The translations under genes and the position numbers were made by a program. Shown one piece after another: positions 49,292 through 58,281 of a stretch of DNA of 64,000 nucleotides. The DNA is from an uncultured Clostridia bacterium. GTDB taxonomy: Bacteria; Bacillota; Clostridia; Christensenellales; UBA1242. The notes under the pieces are model-generated. The model did not search any database and was not told the DNA's origin. It worked only from the letters and a program-made list of their open reading frames with translations. The stretch lies in assembly GCA_944350275.1 (NCBI GenBank), contig CALVOK010000014.1, forward strand, positions 11,545-75,544, in the 5' to 3' direction. Each line of letters opens with the position of its first letter. Position 1 is the first letter of the stretch.

Positions 49292-49320
49292 ATAATAATA
49301 CAAAACAATTTTATTGTCAA
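49292..49320 (-). promoter_or_regulatory. Candidate sigma-A promoter of leuS (TTGACA, 17 nt, TATTAT)
   Basis: rc of 49315-49320 is TTGACA and rc of 49292-49297 is TATTAT. This leaves a leader of only about 85 nt. Confidence 0.45.
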
Positions 49321-49421
49321 TTAAATGAACAAACATCAATTTTTTTGTTTTTTGATATTGACTTTTAGAGACTATTGTGTTATGTTATTTATATAAAATT
49401 TATTTAAAAGGAAGAAAAATT

Positions 49422-50042
49422 ATGGAACAAAATATGCCTCAGTGGATGAGTGATTTACTAGAAAGAAAAAACTCTGAAAAAGCAAATTCAAAGTATAGTA
49501 GCATTCTCAATATTTATAAAGGTGATAACTATGAAAAAAATGGGACAAAATATCTGGCAAGTCTATTCTTTGCCTTCCCAAAAGACAGCAACGACCTTAT
49601 AATTCTCTCATTAGACGGAACAGAACTTGCCCAAGTTCCATATCCAAAGGTTGCAGAATATGTACATACCACTCATAATTATGCTAAAAATTGGAGCAAA
49701 AACGTCTACAAAAGCCTTCAGGTTGCAAGATACACAGAACATGAAAATTTGCAAGGTAAAGAGTTTAAAAAGGCTCGAGAGACAGGAAACTATTACTTTG
49801 ATGAAGCAAAAAGATATATGAACCTCTTTTTTAAAACACTTTTAAATCCTATCATTCAAGCAGTTGCAAAAGACCCTACCCTTGCCGAGCATATATCTGA
49901 TGAAATATTTAATTATTATCCTAAACTGTCTGAAAAAATTATAAAAGAGCGAGACAATTTAAAGCAAAAACCAGCAAGTTATAACAAGGGCAAAAAATTG
50001 CTTGAAATTTTACGAAAAATTGAGGACGAAGAGAAGGAGTAA
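49422..50042 (+). CDS. Hypothetical protein
   Basis: I chose the ATG at 49422, after AAAAGGAAG. No domain recognised. Confidence 0.6.
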   Translation: MEQNMPQWMSDLLERKNSEKANSKYSSILNIYKGDNYEKNGTKYLASLFFAFPKDSNDLIILSLDGTELAQVPYPKVAEYVHTTHNYAKNWSKNVYKSLQVARYTEHENLQGKEFKKARETGNYYFDEAKRYMNLFFKTLLNPIIQAVAKDPTLAEHISDEIFNYYPKLSEKIIKERDNLKQKPASYNKGKKLLEILRKIEDEEKE

Positions 50043-50171
50043 AATTTTAAGCCTTATAAAAATTATTTTAAAACTTGACAAATAATCAAAACACGTAAAT
50101 TAAACATTGAACAAATAGACTTTAAATAGGAAAAATAAAACAAAAAAAACAAAAAAATATATAAAAAACAG

Positions 50172-50200
50172 TTGACAAATGCCCTGTTTGTATGTATAAT
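50172..50200 (+). promoter_or_regulatory. Sigma-A promoter of rplJL (TTGACA, 17 nt, TATAAT)
   Basis: TTGACA at 50172-50177 and TATAAT at 50195-50200: perfect hexamers with perfect spacing. Confidence 0.8.
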
Positions 50201-50203
50201 ATT

Positions 50204-50340
50204 CCTCGTAAAATAAAATCTTGTCCGTAGACCGCAAGTGTGAAAACGTAAACACATCCGTGTGCTTGCCGAGGAAAGAAGTGATAGTTTGAATTTTTCT
50301 CTCTATGCCTTTTTTCCTAAGGCATAGAGATTTTGTTTTA
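50204..50340 (+). promoter_or_regulatory. Ribosomal protein L10 leader-like structured 5' UTR with terminator/attenuator
   Basis: Nested helices CCTCG (50204-08) / CGAGG (50270-74), GCAAG (50234-38) / CTTGC (50265-69) and TGTG/CACA. These are followed by a 10-bp hairpin tctctatgcc (50300-09) / ggcatagaga (50321-30) plus TTTTGTTTT, about 115 nt before the rplJ ATG. Confidence 0.65.
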
Positions 50341-50454
50341 TATAAGGCTAAAATATTGTTATCTTGCGGTGATTTGCAACTAAATTTGTGAAAAAATGCT
50401 AATAACAAAAATTTTGGCAAAAAAACACAATATTCAAATTAAAGGAGGAATTTC

Positions 50455-50976
50455 ATGAGTGCTAATTTAGAAGCAAAAAAGGCATTGGTTGAAGAAATTA
50501 AAGATAAACTTTCAAAGTCTAAATCAGTTACTTTCGTAGACTACAATGCTTTGACTGTTGCTGAAGATACCGAAATGAGACGTCTTTTCAAGAAAAATGG
50601 CGCTGAATATAAGGTATACAAAAACAAACTTTTGCTCCTTGCACTAAGCGAACTCGGAATCCAAGGTGCTGAAAAATATCTTCATGGCACAACTGCGGTT
50701 GCTTTCAGTTATGATGACGAAGTAAGCGGTGCAAAAATCGTTTGTGAAACTGCTGAAAAATCAAAGAAATTGACCGTAAAATTTGGTTTACTTAATGGTA
50801 ATTTCGTTGAAAGCAAGGAAATTGAAGAACTCGCTAAACTTCCAAGCAAAGAAGTGCTTATTGCCAAACTCCTTGGCACGCTCAATGCACCTATCTCTGC
50901 TTTGGCAAGAGTTCTCATTGCCCCTGTTACTGGGCTTGCTAGGGCTTTGAATGAAGTCGCAAAGCAAAAAGCATAA
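50455..50976 (+). CDS. rplJ: 50S ribosomal protein L10
   Basis: 173 aa with a typical L10 sequence. It precedes rplL. Confidence 0.95.
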   Translation: MSANLEAKKALVEEIKDKLSKSKSVTFVDYNALTVAEDTEMRRLFKKNGAEYKVYKNKLLLLALSELGIQGAEKYLHGTTAVAFSYDDEVSGAKIVCETAEKSKKLTVKFGLLNGNFVESKEIEELAKLPSKEVLIAKLLGTLNAPISALARVLIAPVTGLARALNEVAKQKA

Positions 50977-51086
50977 TTGTTTTATAAAACTTTTAGCAAA
51001 TAAGATATTAATTTATATGTTTAAAAACAACAAAAATTTTAAAAAGTGTCATCGACACAAATTTATTTAAAAAGGAGAAAATAAAA

Positions 51087-51464
51087 ATGGCTGATGTTAA
51101 AAAATTAGTTGAAGAAATCAAATCTATGTCTGTTCTTGAAGTTTCAGAACTTGTAAAAGAACTTGAGGAAACTTTCGGAGTTTCTGCTGCTGCTCCTGTT
51201 GCAGTTGCTGCTGCTCCTGCTGCCGCTGGTGCTGCTCCTGCTGCTGAGGAAAAGACTGAATTCACTGTTGAACTCACTGAAATCGGTGCAAACAAAATTC
51301 AAGTTATCAAAGTTGTAAGAGAAATCACTGGACTTGGACTTAGCGAGGCTAAGACTCTTGTTGAAAGTGCTCCAAAGGCTATCAAAGAAAACGTTCCAGC
51401 AGAAGAGGCTAAGGCTATCGAGGCTAAACTCAAAGAGGCTGGCGCAACTGTTAAACTTAAATAA
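51087..51464 (+). CDS. rplL: 50S ribosomal protein L7/L12
   Basis: Ala/Pro-rich hinge and the C-terminal [12 protein letters not shown]...[10 protein letters not shown]. Confidence 0.95.
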   Translation: MADVKKLVEEIKSMSVLEVSELVKELEETFGVSAAAPVAVAAAPAAAGAAPAAEEKTEFTVELTEIGANKIQVIKVVREITGLGLSEAKTLVESAPKAIKENVPAEEAKAIEAKLKEAGATVKLK

Positions 51465-51500
51465 ATCAAATTTTAGAAAAAAAGAATATTGTGTTTTAAA

Positions 51501-51533
51501 AAATCTGCAGGACATCTTGCAGATTTTTTTGAT
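51501..51533 (+). terminator. Intrinsic terminator after rplL
   Basis: Stem aaatctgca (51501-09) / tgcagattt (51518-26) followed by a T-run. Confidence 0.75.
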
Positions 51534-51600
51534 ATAGAAATCATTTTAATAAAAAATCTTTTAAAATAAATCTTATTATTTTAAAGTGTTAACAAATTAT

Positions 51601-51622
51601 TAGACTGCAAAAACGTTGCGAC
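51601..51622 (-). repeat. Copy C (degenerate) of the GTCGCrACG-T5/6-xCAGyCTrA intergenic motif
   Basis: rc reads GTCGCAACGTTTTTGCAGTCTA, versus copy A GTCGCGACGTTTTTTACAGCCTGA. It lies about 30 nt downstream of the co-oriented U32 gene stop. Confidence 0.45.
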
Positions 51623-51653
51623 AAAAGAATTTTTAAATAAATCTTTATAAATT

Positions 51654-52841
51654 CTAATTTTTCTCCACCCTTAAAATATCCCCATCTTTCAAGTTGTATG
51701 GGCAGTTTATTGTAACAATCTCCTGCACTCTTTTAGCATCGTCAATATCCTCGCCCTTAGAGTTGATGATTTTCTCTATTGTTATCCTCTTTAAGAAGTT
51801 ATCATCCGCCGAGAGAATTTCTAGTGTGTCCCCCACTTTGAATCGGTTTCGCATTTCAACCTTGACAAAACCGTCCTTTGCGTCCTCAACAACTTTTGCA
51901 ATAAAAACATAGGTTTGAACAGGCATTGAGTCCTCTAAATATTCTTTTTCCTCATCACCAAAGTAAAACCCTGTAGTGTAACGACGGTGACTGGTCTTTT
52001 CAAGTTCGCTATGCAAAACATCATAGTCTTTAAACCCATCAAGTGCACGTCGGTAGGCATTGACAACAGAGGCAACATAATAGTCCGACTTCATCCTCCC
52101 CTCTATTTTTAAACTGCTCACTCCTGCCTCTTCAAGTTCTTTTAGGTGGTCAATAAGGCACATATCCTTTGAGTTTAATATGTATGTTCCCCTCTCGTCC
52201 TCTTCAATAGGCATCTCATCCTCACGGCTCTCCTCACGTATGTAGTATTTCCATCTGCATGCTTGAACACAGGCTCCACGGTTGCTATCTCGCCCGCTTA
52301 GATAATTTGATAGCAGACATCTGCCAGAATAAGATATGCACATTGCACCATGAACAAAGGCTTCAAGTTCTATTTTCCCGCCAAGTGTTTGATGTAGTTT
52401 TTTTACTTCCTCAATGTTCATCTCTCTTGCAAGAACAATTCGAGTGCAACCGAGGTCAGCGAAAAACTTTGCCGAGAAGGAGTTGTTTACATTTGCCTGC
52501 GTAGAAACATGGACATTAAGCATTGGGAAATTCTTTCTTATATAATAGATAAGTCCAACATCGCTGACAATAAGACCGTCAACCTCTGTCTTAACAAGAA
52601 GATTGAGATAGTCGTCAAGTCCAACAAAATCACTGTCTTTTGCAACAATATTGAGAGTTATATACCCCTTTTTGCCATGAGAATGAAGATATTTCATAGC
52701 CTTAAATATCTCATCGTCATCAAAATTGCCAGCAAATGTCCTAAGCCCAAACTTTTTGCCTGAAAAGTATACTGCATCCGCTCCAAAATGAACGGCAGTA
52801 ACAAGTTTATCAAAATTTCCAGCAGGTGCAAGCAGTTCCAT
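51654..52841 (-). CDS. Peptidase U32 family protein
   Basis: N-terminal MELLAPAGNFDKLVTAVHFGADAVYFSG and the E-x-F-x-H-G-A-x-C motif (EAFVHGAMCISYSGRC). Confidence 0.85.
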   Translation of the reverse strand: MELLAPAGNFDKLVTAVHFGADAVYFSGKKFGLRTFAGNFDDDEIFKAMKYLHSHGKKGYITLNIVAKDSDFVGLDDYLNLLVKTEVDGLIVSDVGLIYYIRKNFPMLNVHVSTQANVNNSFSAKFFADLGCTRIVLAREMNIEEVKKLHQTLGGKIELEAFVHGAMCISYSGRCLLSNYLSGRDSNRGACVQACRWKYYIREESREDEMPIEEDERGTYILNSKDMCLIDHLKELEEAGVSSLKIEGRMKSDYYVASVVNAYRRALDGFKDYDVLHSELEKTSHRRYTTGFYFGDEEKEYLEDSMPVQTYVFIAKVVEDAKDGFVKVEMRNRFKVGDTLEILSADDNFLKRITIEKIINSKGEDIDDAKRVQEIVTINCPYNLKDGDILRVEKN

Positions 52842-52874
52842 AATTTCCTCCTTAATTTTTTATCGTTCTTTTAC

Positions 52875-53732
52875 TTAATTTTCTCCGAACTTTTTAATTC
52901 CTTTTGAATTTTTATTTCTTAATTCATTGTCTTTTTCTTGATTTTCTATTTGCTTTTGATTTTTATCTTGATTTGCTAACATTTCATCATCTTGTAATTC
53001 TTCTTGCGTTTTATCCTGTAAACTTCCCTCATTTAAAGATATTTTTCTCCTATCTTTTGCCCAAAATATCAAACCATATATGTTGGAAATATTATAAACA
53101 ACAAGAGTTACAAGCATTGGCAGACTTTCAAGACCAAAGCCACCGCCTTGAACAATTGGCAGAAGCCACAGCACAAATAGCACCACATTTAAAAGGATAA
53201 AACCTACAAACAAAAATTGACTTTTTCTAAGAAGAAGATAGTTTGATGTCACAGTTAGTCCGCAAGAAATACAGCCAAGCCAAGCATTTTGAGTGTTAAG
53301 GGCGGACAAAATAAAATAAAAGGCTATTGTTGTCACAACAAAAATCACTCCCACAATACACCATTCAAGCGGTTTTATCTTCCTTTCAGTGACTTTTTCA
53401 TCATTTTTATCCTTGCCAGTAAACCACAAGATTGTCGAGGTGAGCAGGATAGGCAGTACTACCGCCGAATTTAGTATAACCTCACCCCAGTTTTGATACA
53501 TGACTGACTGAATGATATAAAATGAGGTTTGAACAAGTCCAAAAAGTATGGAAAACTTGAATTTTGCGGACAACAGCACCGTGTAAAGCACACCAAAAAT
53601 AGAATAGATTATTGTTATGGCAGAACTTTTGACAATGATTGATAGGACTGTTATTGCAATTATGCCAAAAGAAATGAGGCAGATTTCATACCAGCCAAAC
53701 CGAGAAAAAAATTGTTTTAATTTATCTTTCAT
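52875..53732 (-). CDS. PnuC-like nicotinamide riboside/NMN transporter family protein with hydrophilic C-terminal tail
   Basis: 7-8 TM helices, with an early W-Y-E and the pattern FGLVQTSFYIIQSVMYQNWGE. The call rests on pattern memory only. Confidence 0.5.
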   Translation of the reverse strand: MKDKLKQFFSRFGWYEICLISFGIIAITVLSIIVKSSAITIIYSIFGVLYTVLLSAKFKFSILFGLVQTSFYIIQSVMYQNWGEVILNSAVVLPILLTSTILWFTGKDKNDEKVTERKIKPLEWCIVGVIFVVTTIAFYFILSALNTQNAWLGCISCGLTVTSNYLLLRKSQFLFVGFILLNVVLFVLWLLPIVQGGGFGLESLPMLVTLVVYNISNIYGLIFWAKDRRKISLNEGSLQDKTQEELQDDEMLANQDKNQKQIENQEKDNELRNKNSKGIKKFGEN

Positions 53733-53746
53733 ACCTATTCCTTGTC

Positions 53747-54805
53747 TTATAACTCTACATTAGGTTTTGCTGTCAAATCAAGGTCAGCAAGTCCAAGCCC
53801 ATCTTTCATCATATAGTAGGCGCAACTCCCTATCATAGCACCGTTATCCGTGCAGTACTTTAAAACAGGCGAGTAAAATTCAATGTTGTTCTCATTGCAT
53901 AGATGAGACAACTTTTCTTTTAATCTAGCATTTGCTCCTACTCCGCCTGCAACGACAAGTTTGTTTATTTCCTGACCCTTGCATGCCCTCACCGCCTTTG
54001 TAGAAAGTTCCTCTGTCACGCACTCTTGAAATGATGAGGCAATGTCTGCCTTGTTTATCTCCTCTCCCTTTTGCGAAAGGTTATGAACAAGGTTGACAAC
54101 TTCAGTTTTTATTCCGCTGAAAGAGAAATTGAGAGTATGAATCAGCGAATTTGATACAGTAAAATGATAGGTAGGCTGACCACTTTTTGCAAGTCTATCT
54201 ATCTCAGGTCCCCCTGGGTAGTTTAGTCCTAGCACTCTTGCGACCTTATCAAAAGCCTCACCGACCGCGTCGTCAATAGTTGTGCCGAGAAGTTTTAGTC
54301 TGTTATAGTCCTCCACTCTTAAAAGTGCGGTATGCCCTCCGCTTACCATAAGGCAGACAAAAGGCGGTTTGAGGTCGGGATGAGAGATATAGTTTGCCGA
54401 GATATGCCCATAGACATGGCTGACTGCAATAAGTGGCAGGTCGAGACCATAGGCAAGGGCTTTAGCAAAGTTCACCCCAACAAGCAATGCACCTACTAGA
54501 CCTGCACCATAAGTTACCGCGACAGCATTAATATCCTTTTTGTCAATCTTTGCCTCTTTCAATGCCTCATCAAAGACATTAGAAATGGCAGTTATATGAT
54601 TACGAGAAGCAACCTCTGGAACAACTCCGCCAAACCGCCTATGGATTTCAATTTGCGAGGCAATCACGTTCGACAAAACCTCGCGTCCATTTTTAACAAC
54701 CGCAATGCTGGTCTCATCACAAGACGATTCAACCGATAATATGATAACATCCTTTTTGTTTTTAAGACTGTTATATTTTTCTTTCATCCTTTCATAATAA
54801 TTCAT
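53747..54805 (-). CDS. tsaD: tRNA N6-adenosine threonylcarbamoyltransferase TsaD
   Basis: ILSVESSCDETS, H-x-x-GH (SHVYGHI) and VAGGVGAN motifs. Confidence 0.9.
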   Translation of the reverse strand: MNYYERMKEKYNSLKNKKDVIILSVESSCDETSIAVVKNGREVLSNVIASQIEIHRRFGGVVPEVASRNHITAISNVFDEALKEAKIDKKDINAVAVTYGAGLVGALLVGVNFAKALAYGLDLPLIAVSHVYGHISANYISHPDLKPPFVCLMVSGGHTALLRVEDYNRLKLLGTTIDDAVGEAFDKVARVLGLNYPGGPEIDRLAKSGQPTYHFTVSNSLIHTLNFSFSGIKTEVVNLVHNLSQKGEEINKADIASSFQECVTEELSTKAVRACKGQEINKLVVAGGVGANARLKEKLSHLCNENNIEFYSPVLKYCTDNGAMIGSCAYYMMKDGLGLADLDLTAKPNVEL

Positions 54806-54870
54806 ACATTTTATTATAGCAAAATTTTATTTATAAATCAATTATATATCAGTTAAAATCACTCAAATAC

Positions 54871-54902
54871 AAAAAAAGTGTTATATTTCAAACACTTTTT
54901 TA
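54871..54902. terminator. Intrinsic terminator (bidirectional form)
   Basis: Stem aaagtgtt (54875-82) / aacacttt (54891-98) flanked by A-runs and T-runs. Confidence 0.6.
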
Positions 54903-54935
54903 TGTTTAATTTAAATTTTTACTCTGCTAAAAATT

Positions 54936-56024
54936 TTACATTGCTCGGTCAAAGTCATCATCTATTTTTGCATATTGTGTTTTCTCTTTGTTATCAATAT
55001 GAGCGAGAGCATATGCGAGCAAAATTTGATAAAGTGGTTGGTTTACTTGGTCTACAAGTGACATATTTTTAAGATTGTCAGTTGTGGCTGTCTGCTGTTG
55101 CTCTTCCTCATACTGCTCAATCATTTCGTCTATGCCAAAACCATAAGCACTGTCAGACTTGCTAAGGTTATACAAAATGGTGTTTTTATCTTTTTTAGAA
55201 AGTTCATCAGAATTTAAAGCATCTGTCAACTTCAAAAAGTCCATAGCAACCTCGTTTGCAACCTCTTTGTCTGGAGAATCACTATTTACAATTGCGTATA
55301 GTCCCTCTTCAAAGGTATCATATTGATTAAGCACCTCTTTGTTATTGTCAATAACACTATTCATATTGTCGATAAATGTCGAAAATTCTTCTTCGTTAAA
55401 GACTTTTTGAATTGGGTTTTCATAGATTGTTTCAACATTTTCTGCCAAATTCGGTTTCTCGTTTGGTTGTGAGTTATCTACCAAAACTTCTGCGTTCTGA
55501 TTTGCCTTGTCAATCTCTTTTGCAAGTCTTTGTTTTAGCCTGCCAACCTCGAGTTCATTCAAGATTTTTTGTCTGTCAAGTTTGCCCTGTGCTCTAGCGG
55601 TCCTATAATCACTCCTCTGCTGAGCACCTGCGTCTCTTCTTTTTATTGTATTTCTTGTCTCTTTTCCTCTTTCTTTGCGTGTCTTTTCGCTCTCTTTAAT
55701 TTGGGTTTGTTTTGCATGAGATTTTGCCTCGGCAATCTCACCCTTTGCCCTAATTTGAGTCTGTTTTGTTTGAGATTTAGCCTCGACAATCTCGGCTTTT
55801 GCTTTGGCTTTTACAGTCTGTGTTTTCACAGTTTCTGTGTCTCGATTGAGAACCTCAGTGCCATAATCAGTTTTTGCAATATTTTTTCTATTTTTTGATG
55901 CACGTCTAGCAATTTTCTCATCCATTTTTGCATCCCAGTTTTCCTGTCTTTTTTGCCATCTTGCAAAACTTCTTTGCCTTTTGATTTCTTTCATTTCCTC
56001 TTTTGTATAATTTCCCTCAGCCAT
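54936..56024 (-). CDS. Hypothetical protein: highly charged repeat-containing N-half, acidic C-half
   Basis: The N-half is K/R/E/Q-rich with an internal duplication EAKSQTKQTQIRAKGEI / AEAKSHAKQTQIKESE. No domain recognised. Confidence 0.6.
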   Translation of the reverse strand: MAEGNYTKEEMKEIKRQRSFARWQKRQENWDAKMDEKIARRASKNRKNIAKTDYGTEVLNRDTETVKTQTVKAKAKAEIVEAKSQTKQTQIRAKGEIAEAKSHAKQTQIKESEKTRKERGKETRNTIKRRDAGAQQRSDYRTARAQGKLDRQKILNELEVGRLKQRLAKEIDKANQNAEVLVDNSQPNEKPNLAENVETIYENPIQKVFNEEEFSTFIDNMNSVIDNNKEVLNQYDTFEEGLYAIVNSDSPDKEVANEVAMDFLKLTDALNSDELSKKDKNTILYNLSKSDSAYGFGIDEMIEQYEEEQQQTATTDNLKNMSLVDQVNQPLYQILLAYALAHIDNKEKTQYAKIDDDFDRAM

Positions 56025-56078
56025 ACTACCTCCTTAATCTTAACCTTATTATACCATAAAAAACAAATTTGTCAATAT

Positions 56079-56867
56079 TTATGCGGAAGCATTTTCAATT
56101 ATCTTTTCAAGTTCATCTGCCTGCTTTTTTGCCTTAATCAAGCACTCCTCTGCCGAAAATTTATCACTTCCATATTTCATTAAAAGTTCATAGTCAAGCG
56201 AAAATAAATTGTCTTTATATTTTGCTAGTTTCCGCCCTAACTTTTGCCAATCAATATTACCAAAATCATTCAGTGTATGAGCATCCCAAGTTCCGTCATT
56301 GCTATGTAGATGCAGGGTTATCAGTTTATCACCGAACTTTTCAAGGTAGTCAAAATCTCTATCAAAAGCATTATTGTGACCGCTGTCATAGCAAAACCTT
56401 AAATACTCATCATCTATATTTTCAAACACATCTAAAAATATTTTTTGCTTGCTTGTATTCTCAATTGCAAGAGGAACATTTAGTTTTCTGCAAACCTTTA
56501 GTACATCTAAAAGTCTTTGTTTGCCTATCTCAGACCACTCTCCTGCCAAGTGCACAACCACGCAGGTAAAGCCATACTTTTTTGCTATTTTCACATCACT
56601 GATAAGGCGTTTTTTAAGAATTTCACCCATTTTGCCCTCTTCCCAAAAATAGTGGAGTTCCTTTGGGTCATACCTCATATGCAAACTTGATAGTTGTAAA
56701 CCACACCTTTTAATTCTCCTAACTTGCTGTCTTATTGTGCCATTTTGCTCATCAAATTTCTTGTCCGCCGAGGTGATAACGCAGTCAAATCCGCTCTTCT
56801 TAATAAGTTTTGGCAAATTTTCTGCTCCCACATCATAACCAAAAAATAAACTTATCCCCTTTCTCAT
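56079..56867 (-). CDS. Xylose-isomerase-like TIM-barrel protein (sugar phosphate isomerase/epimerase family)
   Basis: Pattern VVHLAG...LAIENT...YDSGHNN...LHLHSNDG..DAH fits the AP_endonuc_2 fold metal ligands. Confidence 0.6.
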   Translation of the reverse strand: MRKGISLFFGYDVGAENLPKLIKKSGFDCVITSADKKFDEQNGTIRQQVRRIKRCGLQLSSLHMRYDPKELHYFWEEGKMGEILKKRLISDVKIAKKYGFTCVVVHLAGEWSEIGKQRLLDVLKVCRKLNVPLAIENTSKQKIFLDVFENIDDEYLRFCYDSGHNNAFDRDFDYLEKFGDKLITLHLHSNDGTWDAHTLNDFGNIDWQKLGRKLAKYKDNLFSLDYELLMKYGSDKFSAEECLIKAKKQADELEKIIENASA

Positions 56868-56920
56868 GTGTTTTACCTTCTTTTATGCTAAAAAATATAT
56901 GATTAAGTTGTCTTATTTCC

Positions 56921-57000
56921 TTTATTTATTAATTAATCTGACTTATGTCCTTTATTTAATAATTAATCTGAATTTATTTAATAATTAATCTGAATTTGTT
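56921..57000. repeat. Degenerate AT-rich tandem repeats (tttatttaataattaatctgaattt-like, about 3 copies)
   Basis: Copies begin at 56921, 56951 and 56976; the shared core is ttaattaatctga. Confidence 0.7.
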
Positions 57001-57011
57001 TATTTTATTAT

Positions 57012-58110
57012 TTAACTCATTTTCTTCAAATATTCATTTATAAACTCTTGAATATTGCCATCCATAACCGACTGGATATTGTGTTCTTCATATCCTGTCC
57101 TATGGTCCTTGACAAGTGTGTATGGACAGAACACATAACTTCGTATCTGACTTCCCCACTCAATCTTTTTTATATCTCCTCGAATGGAGGCAAGTTTTTC
57201 AAGTTCTTCTTGCTCTTCCTTTTCGGCGAGGCGAGAGTATAACATCTGCATTGCCTTTTCTTTGTTTTGAAGTTGACTTCGCTCCACCTGACAGGAGACA
57301 ACTATCCCTGTTGGCAGGTGTGTAATTCGCACAGCACTTTCAGTCTTATTGACATTTTGTCCGCCCGCTCCGCTTGAGCGATAGGTGTCAATTTTGAGGT
57401 CCTCTGGTCTTATTTCAATATCAGGTTTTTCCTCAATTAATGGCATAACTTCCACACTTGCAAAACTTGTGTGACGCCTAGCATTCGAGTCAAAAGGTGA
57501 AATTCTTACAAGTCTATGCACACCTTTTTCCGCCTTTAAAAAACCATAAGCATTTTCGCCGTCGACCTCAAAAGTTATACTTTTTATGCCCGCTTCATCT
57601 CCATTTAAAACATCAAGCACCCTGACCTTGTAACCCTGCTTATCAGCATACATTTTATACATCCTATAAAGCATTTCAGTCCAGTCCTGCGCCTCAGTTC
57701 CGCCAGCACCCGAGTGCAATGTAATCACTGCATTGTAGTCGTCATATTTTCCCTTTAGAAGAGTTTTTATCTTTGCGTTTTCTACCCTCTCTTCTAGGAG
57801 GTGGAGACTATCTTCAACTTCGCCGTCAAGGCTTGTCTCGCCTGTCTCCTCAATAAGTTCAACATAACCCTTGCAGTCGTCATAAAGTTTATCTAATTTG
57901 TCAATTTCCTCAAGTTTTTTCTCGCAGTTTTTAATCTTTTTACCAACCTCTAAAACGCGATTTTGGTCAAGATAGAAGTTTTCTTCCATCTGCTGTTTTT
58001 TAAGTCTGTCAAGTTCTACTCTAGTTCCCCTCTCGTCAAAGACACTCCTTTATAAAATTTATATCATTTGCTAATTTGCCAAGTCTTTCTTTTACATTTT
58101 CTAGTATCAT
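57012..58110 (-). CDS. prfB: Peptide chain release factor 2, expressed via programmed +1 frameshift (join 58110..58039, 58037..57012)
   Basis: ORF0 is ATG 58110 MILENVKERLGKLANDINFIKECL, then in-frame TGA (58038-58036) within AAGGAG-TGT-CTT-TGA-C (rc of 58035-58050). The +1 frame continues DERGTRVELDRLKKQQMEENFYL... into the listed 325-aa ORF, which contains SPF and GGQ (SGAGGQNVNK). Confidence 0.92.
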
Positions 58111-58210
58111 TTTTTGCTCCTTACGAATATATTTTAGTAAAGTGACCTAATTTTGTCAACCTATTTCATCATTTCATGTGGATTTAAAAGTAATTTTAGC
58201 CGTTTAAAGC

Positions 58211-58238
58211 ACATAGAAAAGGAAAACGACATATATTA
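58211..58238 (+). promoter_or_regulatory. Sigma-K-type promoter candidate (AC, 17 nt, CATAtatTA)
   Basis: AC at 58211-12, a 17-nt spacer, then CATATATTA at 58230-58238. This matches the B. subtilis sigma-K consensus AC-17-CATAnnnTA. It lies about 44 nt upstream of the ATG at 58282, which has a GGAGG RBS. Confidence 0.45.
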
Positions 58239-58281
58239 GGTTAGTAGGTAATCCTATCAAACAAAAAATGGAGGTTATAAA

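Noticed and set aside
49204-49420. T-box riboswitch upstream of leuS, expected in many Firmicutes
   Set aside because: Only a GTGGTA fragment (in aaaGTGGTAgaa) is present. There is no specifier stem, AG bulge, full T-box sequence or terminator/antiterminator pair. The predicted leader of about 85 nt is too short.
51008-51515. Minus-strand ORFs of 95 and 123 aa over rplL
   Set aside because: These are mirror frames of the Ala-rich L7/L12 hinge. rplL is unambiguous.
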